A stretch of 64,000 bases of DNA. Source: Takakia lepidozioides (taxonomy: Eukaryota; Plantae; Bryophyta). The stretch spans positions 14,136,001 through 14,200,000 of the forward strand of contig CM060734.1 in the NCBI GenBank assembly GCA_030704615.1, read 5' to 3'. Positions 49,671 to 62,869 of the stretch are shown here, piece by piece (the first letter of the stretch is position 1; every line of letters starts with the position of its first letter). The notes under the pieces are model-generated. The model was given only the letters and a program-made list of their open reading frames with translations, did not search any database and was not told the DNA's origin. The position numbers and the translations under genes were made by a program.

Positions 49671-52600
49671 ATGCCGCCTGAAGGGCGTGGCTCTCCTGAG
49701 AGAGACCTCACATCCAGACCGCGGCGGAAGTTGAAAGCTCTGTACTACGGACGACGGCCAATCTCTCGCATGGCCAAACTGAAGCTCCAGCAGGAGATTC
49801 CAGTGTCTTGCTCACAACCTGCGCCAACTGAAGCCGAGTACTCTCAGGCTTCAGTTTGTTCGATTTATTTTTTGCTTTCGCTTTGTTACCTCGCTTTGTT
49901 TTTGCATCTTCATCCTGGCTTTGCTGTATGAGTGAACTTTAGATAGTTGAGTGAACCTTAGATTGTTTGCAATGCGTGTGCAAATCCGGCAGCTCTGGAG
50001 AAGGCTGCTTGTGCATGTCATTCTTAGGCAATGGTTGCATTTGTTTTCATTGTTGTTGCATGGCTCTCCATACTTCCTAAACTTGTTATGTTTTCATTTT
50101 TGCTACATGATTGTTGCTATGGTGGTTGCGCTGCTCGTTGCGATGCTGCTTTTTGCACCGATGTTGGTTTTCACGATTTTTGTCAATGACAGAGTGACGA
50201 CGAGCCCGGCACGCTGGTGGTATCATCGACAGCTCCAACTCGTCGCATGTTTGAATCGCCCAACTTGGGGCGAGAGGGCAAACTTAAACCTTTTGTTGGT
50301 GGACGGGAGGACTTGCAACGAGATTACGACAGAGTAGGCATTGGGGAGGTTGGTGCAGGCGGCATGGCAGGTGAAGGGCGTGAGGACATGAGGATAGCAG
50401 ATCCGGCAATGGAGGTTGTTCATGCACATGCAGTAGGGCCCGCCCACGCAAAGAAAAAGAAGAAAGCTAAGCACATGCAATCCCCGGCGAGAGAGCAGTC
50501 ACGGGCTGCGGAGGGGGGAGTAGCAGTGCGCGCGAGGGTGTCAGTTCGCCTCAATCAAAGGTGGTCGTCCTGGAGGGCTCCCCTACTGCTAGCCCTAGTA
50601 AGAAACAGAAAGCCCGTGAGAGGGCAAAAGAGAGGGCAAAAGAACAGACGAGACAGAATGCTAGCCAGGAGGAAAGACAAAAGGCAGCTGAAGAGGCCAG
50701 GGGTGCCCAAACGACAGATGCCAATGTAAGCGAGGGACCCACAGAGACGGTGGATCCCTACAAGACACCACAGAGAGGCAGTAGCACACCGGTTAGACCA
50801 TCGCGGGCAAGAGCAGCCCCCGCAATTACCCATACGGTGGAGAGTGGAGGAGAGGAAAGAACACCTGAAAGAGCACGGATTGTGCAAGTTCGAGGTGAAG
50901 CCAGGGAGAGGGCAGTAGAGACGAGAGAGTGCTGGAGGTGGTTTCGCAGGTGGCTGACCCTGTTGAGGAGGACGACATGGAGGTTTCTGACCAGGATGAC
51001 ATCCTCCCGGACATCCCCAGGCCCCAAACCCGGAGCATACAGGCTGGATTTGGCGGTCCTGGTGGGCTGCCGGAAAACCCCTCTGCAGCAGACGTCATGT
51101 CTGAGGCGGATATGAAGTTGGCCGCTGCCAAGATGTTGGAGGCAACCCACAGCAACATTGGCAGGGTGCTGGGGGGCATGGTGTACCCGGCCAAGCTTCG
51201 AATTCCCCTTTGCCGCTTGGTGTCATTGCAGGTGGTGAGACCTGCCCTCCCAGGCGATATCGACAAGCTGAAATTCTCTTTCCGGGATGGATATCGAATG
51301 GGGTCTGCCGCCTTTTACGTTTCCATTGAGAACGACCACGGAGCTTCCCGTGCCCACACTTCCGATGAGGTGGACAAATGGGGTCCCCATTGGCAAACGC
51401 GAAATGAGGAGTTCGAGAGATCGATTGCTAGTGATCCTCTTTTCCAGCACATGTCCGGTAAGATGTTCTACGTGTGGGACGGCAATCATCGCCTCCTGGC
51501 ATGGATGGAGCACATTGCCCAAGCCCACCCCAACGATCTCGATTGGCATTTTGCCGTCGATTGTGTTGTGCTGAAGGTTGCGGGGCCCAAAGATCGCAGT
51601 CTTCTCAAAGCTGCAATGGCCGACATCAACTCGTAAGCTACAACCCCTCTCGCTTTTGGACTTTGAATTTGGAAGTCATTTCATTGCGAATCCTCATATA
51701 TGATGAAAATTCCCATTTCAGTATTGTTTGATGGAAATGTGGCACTGCAGGGTGACTGAGAATGCCTTCATTGCCACCAACTTGTCCCATATGCTCTTCC
51801 GAGTGAAGGATGTCGGGAAGCAGGGGGTGCAAGAGTTTGCCAATTCCCTCAGTGCCAACCTCCTGCGCAAGTCGGAGGCAAAGGCAGACAGAACCTGGTA
51901 TAGGCTGAGCGTCGACGCCATGGTGGACTACATATTTCGGGTAAAGCTCCTGACAGTTTTGTTGAGCTAATCTGTCTCTCCTCCCCCAATAGAAGAAATT
52001 GTGTTGAGCAGGATCTCTAATCTTATGTGCGCATTCTTGACAGACAAAATACAACAGGATTTGGCACATGCACGGAGGTTCTACATGGAGTCAGAGGAGA
52101 AGAATCCAACCCTCCCGGAACTCGAATCGTATGTCAAAGCTGCGGAGGTGAGGGCCCGCATAAAGTACAAGTCGCGGATGGTAAAGTACGTGGCCATAGC
52201 TGATCCCGCCCTTGGTGCCGACTTTCTGGTGGAGGTGGGGAAGCACTACTCTCGCGCTCTGAAGCCCACGATGACATTGGAGAAGCTCCATCGTCTAGCC
52301 ACATCCTGTGTGGATGCAACAGTAAAGGTGATACATTCTTAACAAAATTGTGGTGGCAACAACTCCTTTTTGTGGTGTTTGACGCTTATGAATATGCTGG
52401 GTGGTTGGACAGACCCGGTGGCTCCAAATCTGGAATGGTTCCCAAAGTACCAGGGACATGTGGAGCTTCCCCAAACCGGACAAACTCTCTGACCCCACAT
52501 TCGACATGTGGATGAACCGCATGACATGGTGGTTTCAGGTACTTCCCCACGCTTCGTTTGGGGCTTCTACTCTAGTAGGGGGTGGATTCATTGTATTTTT

Positions 52601-55600
52601 TGAGGAAAGCGATCTGATGGACAATCTCCACAGGTGACGACGAATGCGCAAGAGCAGCTGGACACACAAGCACATCAGTTCAAGATGGAGATATCTCCTG
52701 CAGCAAAGAGCCTACGTGACTATGTGACGAGGTACTTTCTGCTCTACAAAACCAACCTATTCTTTCGGGAGATAGCAGATGCTCGCCGGAGCCACGAGTT
52801 CACCGACCAGCCGAACGCGGACAAAGCAGCAATGCGCCTTCTGTACAGGTACATACGCGCTGCCTTTCTTTCAAGTCCTGGCATTTCAGGATGTTAGAGG
52901 CCTCAAGTGGTGTTACGGAAAATGGCGCCGAATTTCCAGTCAGGGCTCCGAAAATGGCTAAGTCCCTAGACTGGCTGGCCCGGAACTGGAAATTCGGCGC
53001 CATTTTCCAGTTCCAGGCCCTATTGCCGTTCAGGGACTTAGCCATTTTCGGCCTAAGTCCCTAGACTGGCTGGCCCTGAAGTGGAAATTCGGCGCCATAT
53101 TCCAGTTTTAGGCCCTATTGCCGTTCAGGGACTTAGCCATTTTCGGCCTAAGTCCCTAGTGTGGCTGGCCCGCAACTGGAAATTCGGCGCCGTTTTCCAG
53201 TTCTAGGCCCTATTGCCGTCCAGGGACTTAGCCATTTTCGGGCTAAGTCCCTAGACTGGCTGGCCCTGAACTGGAAATTCGGCGCCATTTTCCAGTTCCA
53301 GGCCGTATTGCCGTTCAGGGACTTAGCCATTTTCGGGCTAAGTCCCTAGACTGGCTGGCCCTGAAGTGGAAATTCGGCGCCGTTTTCCAGTTCTAGGCCC
53401 TATTGCCGTCCAGGGACTTAGCCATTTTCGGGCTAAGTCCCTAGTGTGGCTGGCCCGGAACTGGAAATTCGGCGCCGTTTTCCAGTTCTAGGCCCTATTG
53501 CCGTCCAGGGACTTAGCCATTTTCGGGCTAAGTCCCTAGGGTGGCTGGCCCGGAACTGGAAATTCGGCGCCGTTTTCCAGTTCTAGGCCCTATTGCCGTC
53601 CAGGGACTTAGCCATTTTCGGGCTAAGTCCCTAGACTGGGTGGCCCTGAAGTGGAAATTCGGCGCCATATTCCAGTTGTAGGCCCTATTGCCGTTCAGGG
53701 ACTTAGCCATTTTCGGACCTCATTGTGTTTTTCATGAATGCAGGTACTGTAAGTTCTCCCTTTTGGAGAAAGGTCATCTGTCTTTCGAGCCACCATTCTT
53801 CCTGGCATGGAGGAACCCTGGGGCTGACTCCATGTACACTGACGATATTGTGAAGGAGTGGCATCTGGAACATTTGCGTGATTGCCCTTGGTATGTGGAC
53901 CTTCCGCCCGGCTCGCTCGACCCATCCGAGTTTCAATTGAAGCTGGATGCTGAATTCCGACGAAACCGGGCTCCGCTGCCTCCGTTGGGTGCAAAAGAGG
54001 CAAAAGCGCTTGCGAACTCCAGGAAAGCGGCAGAGCTTGCTCAGGCAGGAATTCAGGAGAAATTGCATGAGAAGAGTAAAGGTCAAAGGAAAAGGACAAG
54101 GAAACAGGTGACTGCAGTAACACCCAAAAAGAAGAAAACCATCGGGGCATCGGAGGAGGCGCAGGAGGGGACCCAAGAGAGTGACTCCGACGCCGATTTT
54201 GTTCAAGGTCCTGCGACTGCTGTTGCTCCTACCCAGTCACCGGTCGTCCGGGTTCCCAAGTCAGTTCGGAGTGGGACTGGCTTTGCCAAGAAGTTGGCAT
54301 TTGAGGGCGAGCCTACACGGCGGTATTCGGCGGTGACGTTTACGCACAGGCCAAAGCTAGAACCTCCAACCATCATCCAATGCGTCAATGAGAGCTTCCT
54401 TGACGCTCTCGCTGCCAGGGCGAAGAAGGTGGCACACAACAAGTCTCTGGCGGAGCAGAAGGGGAAAGCCAAGAAGAGGGCTGCCGGTACAGAGCCTAAA
54501 GACACCCCTGGTTTTGAAGCCATGATGGAATTCTTCACGGCTGTGAGCACGAATTGCAAGAGCACTCGGGGGGGGGTTGAGGTGGAGAGAGCTTGCGACA
54601 TGATTCTCCTCGACATTCCAGATGGGGAGTTGCTGGAGGGCCTGGATGGTGTGCCCACCTGGAACAGGTTTACTGAGGACTACTGGAAAGCCGGGTTTGG
54701 GCTGGCGGGGATGCTTCTGGATGACGGTGGATGTGTGGTTGTCCTTGCCACGAGAGGGAAGACCACAGAGAATGCGGTGGCAAGGTGGACACCGAAAAGT
54801 GTCACCCCGGTCCTCCTCAGAAAATGGTTCTGCATCAGTACGCAGGGGTTGCGAACAGAGGGCCAAAGTGTAAGTTATCAATCTATTGCATTCACTTCAT
54901 ATTGTGGTGTATGTTAAGTAGACCCTGGAATTGATCCCTTCTTTGTTGGATGTGCAGACATTGGTGTTTGAGGCATATTGCTTTGTGAAGAGAGGGTCTA
55001 CGTTCAAATTCCGCAACGACGGTCGTCTTGTTGATGTCGCTGTGGACCCTGTAACCTACGATGTCCTCTACAACTATGTGCCCCACTCTAGTATGCCGAA
55101 GGACACAAAGACAGGCAAACCGTGGCGGTACAGCCGGACCCGGAGCCCTGCTTTCATCCAAACCCTCATGGAGACGTGCTCGGATGTCCAAGGGCGGATT
55201 CTGGACCTCACATGCGGCACGGGTAAGCCTTCACGTGCTCAGTTTGTCCCCTGGCCCCATTGCAATTGCATGCCGCAAGCTATTAACCGCCCGCTTTGTT
55301 CCTCAGGTGCTTCAATGTGGGCAGGGACGTTGTCCGACAGGCATGTGTTCGCCTTCGAGCCAGATACTGCCCTCCACAACTCGGAGCTTGCAGCGGCTGA
55401 ACGTCTGCCGAAAGAGGAAGAGGCATCCTCGGAGGATGAGGAAAAATCCGAGAAGGAGCAGGGGGAGGAAGTTGGGAACGAGGCCGAGGAGCCCCCGGTT
55501 TACGAGTGAGTGGTGGCATTGTAAGTTGCCTCCAGATTTTGTGAGGCACCTCCCTCCGCTCTCTTATTTCATTGAAAACCCTTTCTGGTTGTGCTGGTAT

Positions 55601-56094
55601 TGACATTCTTCAAGTGGATTTGTTCTTACTGTAGGATGCCAAGTACTGCCGGAGGGACGTCTACACCGGAGTTCATGGGCAGGAGGAACGTGCCTTTTTT
55701 TGCCAGGGGGGATTTCATGCCTAGTCCAGAAAGGGAGTACATCCTTCCTACTTATGCTGCCCGGCTTGCTTCGGTGTCCATTAGGAGGTGTTCCGAACGT
55801 AGTCGTGTACAGCAGATTTTAGACGAGGCAAGCCTCAAGAAAATGAAGATGAGGGAGGAGGCAGCAGCTATTAGAGCCCGTCGGGCTCGTAGATTTGTGT
55901 TGGATTCTGCTGAGGAAAGTGGGGGAGAAGACGCAGAAGATTCCCAGGAGGTGAGGTGGACAGTCCCCCAAGGAGAGGACGGGATTTTTGAGAGGCATAG
56001 TGGAACTGATGCATCACAGAGCTCGGAGGATGAGGGGGATGAGGGGGATGAGGAAGAAGGTGGGGCAAGTTCCTCGGAGGGTGTAGGAGAGTAG
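49671..56094 (+). CDS. Multi-exon ParB/Srx-like plus beta-class N6A/N4C DNA methyltransferase-like protein of element B (5' low-complexity part probably frameshifted)
   Basis: ParB-like FYVWDGNHRLLAW (50929-51636). Motif IV-like CDMILLDIPDG and LLDDGGCVVVL (53744-54868). SPAFIQTLMETCSDVQGRILDLTCGTG|ASMWAG..RHVFAFEPD (54958-55221 and 55307 onward) gives motifs X-I-II after motif IV. GT-AG introns are shared with paralogues. Acidic tail. Confidence 0.75.
52915..53716. repeat. Intronic 95-bp tandem repeat, ~8 copies, each with two hairpins including the B motif
   Basis: CAGGGACTTA starts at 53031, 53126, 53221, 53316, 53411, 53506, 53601 and 53696, inside intron 52849-53743. Confidence 0.95.
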
Positions 56095-56811
56095 TGCCCA
56101 TTCCGGCTATGACAGTTAGAACACACTTGTATAGACGTGGCTTGCCACAAAATTTGCAATAAAATGTTGCATTTCAAGTCCACTGGTGCCACATTCCAAC
56201 TTCACATGACCCTATTTCCGTGCCTCCTAACCCTATTTCCGTGGACTCACAATGGTCTGCTCATGCTTTTTTTTTTTCCGCTCATGCTCATGCCGCTCAT
56301 GAAATATTAGCCCCCCACAATAACAAGCCGACTTCCTGGAAGCATGCCACAGGATCTGAGGGTGGGATTGCAGATTAAGTAAATGTATCTTTATACTACT
56401 ACCAATGATCATGCGCACCTGGAAAGTTCAAAATGTGAAACGAACGTGGGGTTGGCTAACAAGGATGACCGTGTATAATATCCCAAAATTTGTCATCAAA
56501 CTCTCGTTCATTTACATATATTTGTCTAAGACTGTGCACCAAGATTTCTGGGATTCGCTGTTATTTTTAAATATTGAAACCGTTCTAATAAAGAACACGC
56601 CGTTTATTTTGGGCGACACACGTCAGACATCGATAACTTAATACGAACAGTTGTACACTAATTGCTGGCATGTGCACTAATAAGGGAACGACTATGTGTA
56701 ACGGTTACACGAGAGGGAATCCGATGCTTCTAGAGACAAACAACAACGCACACAATCCCGCAAGAAATTGGGATTCACTTCGTTTTTCTACTTTTCGCGC
56801 TTAGAGGGAGA

Positions 56812-59800
56812 GTGGTAGTCAAGCTGGAGAGGGTTCCTTCTACAATACGAAAGAGAAGAAAGTCTCTTTATTTTACTTCCCTTAGAGAGAGACGCAGAGC
56901 AAGAGAGCAAATGACGAGGCGTCGTTTGTTGGAGAACACAGGGCCAAGGCAGCAGGTGAACGCGGAGATTGTTTCACAAAAGCAGACCGAGACTGAGGTA
57001 GCGGCTGTGACACAGTCGGCGATAACAGTGCGCGTTGGAAACCAGCCTGTGGATGCAGAGATGACTCGCAGGGAAACTGAAGGAGGTGGAAGTACGAGGA
57101 ACGCTGAACCGGGAGAAGGTCCAGAAACCCTAGAGTAGACAGAAATTCCAGCAGATGTGAGAGGGAAGAGGAAAGCTGCAGAAAGGGATCCAATTTCAAA
57201 ACCTAATAGGCGCCAGTAAGTTTTCTCTAACTTACATTTCATTGTTGAAGATCTACGTAGAGATTGAGTGGAATGTCCCAGAAAGGGATTGTCGCTACCG
57301 ACCATCACCATGAAACAACGGTGATTTGCTTTCTACTCCTCTATTTAGGGTTTACAGCACAATGAGTGGGTGACTGACGGTACCGTCATTCACTGTTGTT
57401 CAGATCATACAGTCTGTCTGATTGCCTTTCAAGCAGTCATTCCTCTTCCCTTCTTTAGCAGGAACATGTGATTGAAGTCTACTGAATTGCGAGCGTCGTT
57501 AACGCCATTCGATTCTCCTCATGAGATTAATGTACCTATGTGTTTGAAGAGAGAGTGAGGGTCGGCATATTCAGTCATAATGTATTGCAATGCATTTTCT
57601 TTGTATGAGGTTGAACAGATAGAGAAGTGGAAAGGCGGTACCGCCAATCAAAGATTTGAAGACCATACTATAGATTCAGGTAGAGTATCGATTGGAAAGT
57701 ACTCTCGACATAGACAAGAAACCGTGAATGCTTGCGACGGTAATCACAATGGAGTCAATATGAATAATCTGCACTTATTGTCCGCCCTAAACTATACTGA
57801 ATGTCGTTGCCGCCAATCACTTACACATATATGTCATTACACAACACCGATCTGGCAGGTCCTTGTCTTTTGTGATTGTCGTTAACGCCGTTCGCTCTCG
57901 CTCTCGCTTTTGTTTTGAATTTGGCAGGATCAGCTTTGCTTGTGTAGATGGTTCTGAATTTGTTTCACACCATTCATTGTGAGTTTCATCGAGACAGAGT
58001 GATGGTCGTTACCGCCGTTCACTATTTGCACATTACTCAGTCAGATTTGAATGGCATCGTGCAGAAAACTTTGAGGTCCAAGCCTACAGGATCAGAGGGG
58101 AAAGGATCTGGAGATGGGGACGAGTCTGGAAAAAGCTCAGAGAATAACGATGAAGCAGATGAATCTGAAGTGCACTACCTTGACAAGGTGAAAGAACTCA
58201 TGTCATTCCAGAAGGTAAACTTTCAGGAGGTTATAAGGGACATGCTCGTATCTGGAGGGCGTCTCGACATCCCTTTGTGCCGGATGATATCTATGCATGT
58301 TGTGCGTCCACCTCTTTCCCATGACATAACAAAATTGGAGAGTGATTTCGTGCATGGATACAGACTTGGTGCACAAGTTTTTTATGTGTCACTGACGGAT
58401 ATAAATGGGAAAAGCACATTAGTGTCTCCAGAGATCAGTGATACCTGGGATGAGTGCTGGAAAGATGCCAATGAGGAGTTCGAGCTGGGCCTCATGATGG
58501 GAAAGAACACCCAACAATTCTGCAACCACATGTTCTACGTCTGGGACGACAACCACCGATTGCTAGCATGGATGGGATGCATCCAGAAACACCATGCGAA
58601 AGACAAAGACAAGCATGTTGATGTGGAGGCAATGGTTCTGGATCCAAGAAACGACATCGCTAGGCTTCTTACAGCTATGCACGACGTGAACAAATAAGTC
58701 ATCCTAGAGATTTCATTCCCTCTGTAGTGTCTTGTTAATCCCAAAAAAATAGTGTTAAGGAATGCAATGTTTCCAATGTTTTTGCAGATCAACAGAGAAA
58801 TCGCATGTGACAACAAGCTTGGTCCACACACTATTCCGAATTCAGAGGATTGGTCTGATGAAGCTGGATGATTTTTGGACAGTACTCCCCCCCAATATAA
58901 TCAAGAAGTGCGAAACAGGAAGAGCTGCAGGCACTTGGTATTCTTTGACTCGAGAGGCGTTTCTGGAGTACATGTATGCGGTAAGCCCGAGTCTGTACTC
59001 AGTTTACTTTTCGAATACATGTTTGTAGTCCCTTCTGTGCTAATCACTATTTGAATCAATGCATCAAGAACTGGCAGAGGCAGCTAAGAAGGGAAAATCC
59101 GAATATTACCGCACTACACCAGAGGAACTAAGGACATCAAAGGGTGTGGAAGCAGCAATAAAAAAAGAGTTTGAAATGCGAAGAACCAAATTGATGTCCG
59201 CCTTCAGAAAGCAGCTTAGAATAGTAGATCCTGGACTTGGTTCTGAGTTCCTTCAGCAGATCAAATCTCACTATGACAAGCATGTGCATCCGGAGATGCA
59301 GCAGGAGAAATTGCACCGGGTGGCCATATCCATGGTCGACCCACAAACAAAAATAAGGTGGTTGGAGATATGGAACTCAGATCAGACAGTAAAGGACTTG
59401 AATTAGTTCCCAAAGAGCACCATACAGCCTGGCACAAAGGTGGAAGGAATCAGTGATTTGGTGTTTGATAACTGGCTCCACAAGGCTACATTTTGGAGTC
59501 AGGTGTGTATTCAAATAAGCCGTTTTCTTTTCTTCAATTATGTGATGAGTATCTTACTTGCAATACTGACAAATATACAATTTGCATCTCGAAAAGCGCG
59601 TCGTCATTGTGCTGGATCAGACTTTGAAGGACTTGAACATTTCGATTGTTTCCCCTCCCCAAATGTCATTGGAGGCATACATAAGGAAGTGGAGAGGTCT
59701 CACCTGGAGATACTGTTTTTTCCGGGAGTTCTCCAAAGATGGTAACATTTTACGGTCCAACGACTTTGATAGTCAGGATGGAGGAGAGTGGGCCATGATG

Positions 59801-62800
59801 CGAGTTGTGTACAGGTGCAATATCATACTGGAAACTCTACTGCACTTTTTGGGAAATAATTTGGCTTAATAAGGATTGTAATCATAGATCCAAATTGAAT
59901 GTCGTTGACGACATTCACTTCTTTGTCTGAGTCATTCTTAAGCGAGAATTTGAATTCACCTGGATTAGGAGCTTAGGGTGTAATTATAGTGTCCCTGATT
60001 AGAATTGATAATGTCCCTGAATGGCGTTGACGACATTCACATCCAGAGTTGTTGAGAGGTCCTCAGAGTTATGTAAGTTTTTGTAATGTCCATAGAAATT
60101 ACAGTGAGGGTTCCTCACTTCAGTTTGCTGAATGTCAATGCAGACATTCAGTTGTTTTGCATTGCTTTTGCCTCTTGCGAGAAATCTTGAGGCTTGATTA
60201 GCTGTGTTATCCGAGATCCTTGTCGTTGACGACATTCACTTCTATGTCGGTGTCATTCACCAGTGACAATTTGAATTTACATGGATTGGGAGCTAAGGGT
60301 GTATTAATTGGTTCCTTGTTCGTAATTTTGTGAATGGCGTTGACGCCATTCACATCCAGTGTTATTATGAGGTCCTCAGTGTTATGTTCGTTATGAATGT
60401 CCATTGAGTTTTTGGGGAGGGTTCGTTACTCGAGTTTCTGATTTGCATCCAATGATTTTGCCTCTTTTGAGAAATCAATAGGCTTGATTAGCAGTGTATT
60501 CACAAATCCAAAGTGAATGTCGTTGACGACATTCACTTCTATGTCTGTGTCATTCCAAAGCGAGAGTTTGCATTCACATGGATTAGGGTGTATTCACAGT
60601 ATCATTGAATGGAATGTTTTGAATGGTGTTGACGACATTCACATCCGGAGCTGTCGCGTGGTCCTGAAAGGTCCTTGGAGCAGTTCTCAGAGCCATTTCA
60701 TTCCATGTTTTTTTCATTCTGTGCTACTTGCATCTTTCTCACTTCGCGCTTTGGTGGGTTGGGATTTATCTCCTGTTTAACAGGTACACGAAATATGTGC
60801 TTATGGAAGGAAATCACCTGAGCGGTATTCCAGACTATCTTGACATGTGGTCGGGCCCTGTAAACGATCCAACCATGTATACTGCAGGGATATTGAAGGA
60901 CTGGAGTCCTTCTCACTTCAGAGACTGTGGCTGGTACCTTGACTGCCCACCGGAGCACACGACCTTTCAAGAACAACATATGAAATATTTGAACAATAAT
61001 GCTGAGATGCTGGTGCCTCTGACTGACGAAGAGTACCAAAGAAACATAGCAACATTGGCTGCCAAGGAGCCTGATGCTCAGGGAACGCCGCAGAAGGGAA
61101 AGAAGGCGGGCCGCAAACCAAAAGACAAGGCTCTTGATGTCATAGCCATCTCACCAGCAAAGCCAAAGGACAAAGACAAGTCTAAAGAGAAGGAAAAAGA
61201 CAAGGGGAAGGAGAAAGAAAAGGAGATGGAGAGTGGGCAGGACTTCACTGCTGGAAGATATACCCGCACAGTTCAGTACGTGTTCGATGCCAAGCCACAC
61301 CCTTCCCGTTCTGATTCGGCAGGAGAGATTAAAATTGTCAATGAGGGTTGGCTGTCGATGATGCAGAGTCGAAAGAGAGGATACACTAGGGTGCCTTCGC
61401 CTACCTGGGACAACATAATCTCATTCCTCAATCTGGTGAGAATTCCAGTTTCTTTCCTTTTTCTCTGAAAGTTTCATTGGCAGTATTTCAGTCTGGTTCT
61501 TTGAAAACATTCTTTCCATCGTTCTTAAAAAAAACATGTCTGTTGTAGGTGAGCACAGGTCCCACCTTTGTGTGCCGTGTGCAGAAAACATATGCGGCTG
61601 ACATTGTTATTCTCGACATCCCGGATGGCCAGGCTGTGCCAGAAGTTCTTCCAAAGGGCAAGACGCCAGGCTGGAACAAATTCGAGGACAACTACTGGAG
61701 TTGGGTGTTCGGGTTCTGTAATAATTTCCTCTCTGATGCAGGGACACTTTTACTTTTTCAGTCATGTGACCTTGATAGTCGTCGGGCATTGGCATCATAC
61801 CTGAAGTCTTCAGGGTTTGAAGTTTTGCGCACATGGAATTGTGTGAACAGCCTCTACCTTGTGAAAGGGGGTTTCCCTGGTCAGCTGGTATGCCGTCTCC
61901 CTTCTGCTTGTGCTTTCATGATGATTTTCAATGTTCTCTGCAGCTCCACTCTAGAAGAATCTGTCATGATCGACACCGATCATCACCGATTCGTGATAAA
62001 AATGATTGTTTTGTGCCTGAGTTCTGAATAGCCGATGTACACACTTCACTATAGATTGTGTTTATCACACTAACCTGCTATCTTTAGCAAACGAGGATGT
62101 TCGAGGCGATCTGCCTGCGGAGGATTCGCACCTCAAAGACACCATCCTCCATCCGCAGCTTTGAGATTTCTGACCAGGGTTGTTTCGTCACCCCCCCCTA
62201 TGAGCCGCATGTCGATGACATTTTGTACAACTTCATGCAGTCCAGTCAGACTCTGAAGAGACCAGATGGCACTCCCTAGAGAGGTGCAAAGGAAAAATCC
62301 CCAGCGTTCATGCAAATACCGCTGGAGTCATGCAGCCACCACTCTGCACGGGTGGTCGATCTTTTTGTGTCCACAGGTTCGTTCTCTCCCTTTTGAATTG
62401 ATTTTCTTTCACCAATTCCATCTGCTTAAATCCCCCCCACCGAACTGTTCATGTCCTCCTGTCTGGTGCAGGAGCAACTTACCATACATGCAAGGCAGGC
62501 GGAAGAAGCCTTTTTGGCATGGAGGGTGATTCTGACCTCTACAACACAGTGCTCCTCCCCCTTTTGTCTGGCTCCACTTCAGGCACACAGACTGATCGGA
62601 TTCAAATTTGAAATGATGACGATCCCGAAGATAAGCAGGTCGACAACGACTTTTCATGTGAGTAAGTGCTGAACCCACTTTGGGAGTCATACTCAATTTC
62701 TCAATAACATCAAAGTTACAGTAATAACTTTTTCAGGCTGTCTTTCAGGAAAGGCAGTGGTGGATCTTCAGGAGATACAGTCATTTGTGGCGAGTCTGTT

Positions 62801-62868
62801 TTCGACAGCCCCCTTTCCAATTTTTTGCTTCCTGATTATGCCGAAGCAATGGCACTTCACGCGCCCGA
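56812..62868 (+). pseudogene. ParB-MTase-like gene C (diverged paralogue), with a stop codon and an insertion at its 3' end
   Basis: LDIPLCRMISM..FVHGYR..FYVS..FYVWDDNHRLLAW; AADIVILDIPDG..FLSDAGTLLLF; P*RGAKEKSPAFMQIPLESCSHHSARVVDLFVSTG|ATYHTCKAGGRSLFGMEGD. Intron positions match gene B. Confidence 0.78.
59890..60645. repeat. Intronic array of the 24-bp palindrome GTGAATGTCGT-TG-ACGACATTCAC (subfamily C motif)
   Basis: Copies at ~59897, 60018, 60221, 60330, 60513 (arms perfect) and 60620 in intron 59815-60783, with degenerate copies at 57370-58022. Confidence 0.88.
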
Positions 62869-62869
62869 G

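Larger units (their letters stand above)
42829..56315. mobile_element. Complete 13.5-kb MULE element B with short imperfect TIRs, CATGAG subterminal repeats and a 9-bp (or 8-bp) TSD
   Basis: CACAATAAC at 42820-42828 and 56316-56324. Left end GAGGTTTGCTATTTCATGAG; right end (reverse complement) GGGGGCTAATATTTCATGAG. Confidence 0.9.

Noticed and set aside
49671-62868. Bacterial or phage contamination as the source of ParB-MTase
   Set aside because: The genes have multiple conserved GT-AG introns and lie within MULEs (B is TSD-bounded) contiguous with plant sequence.
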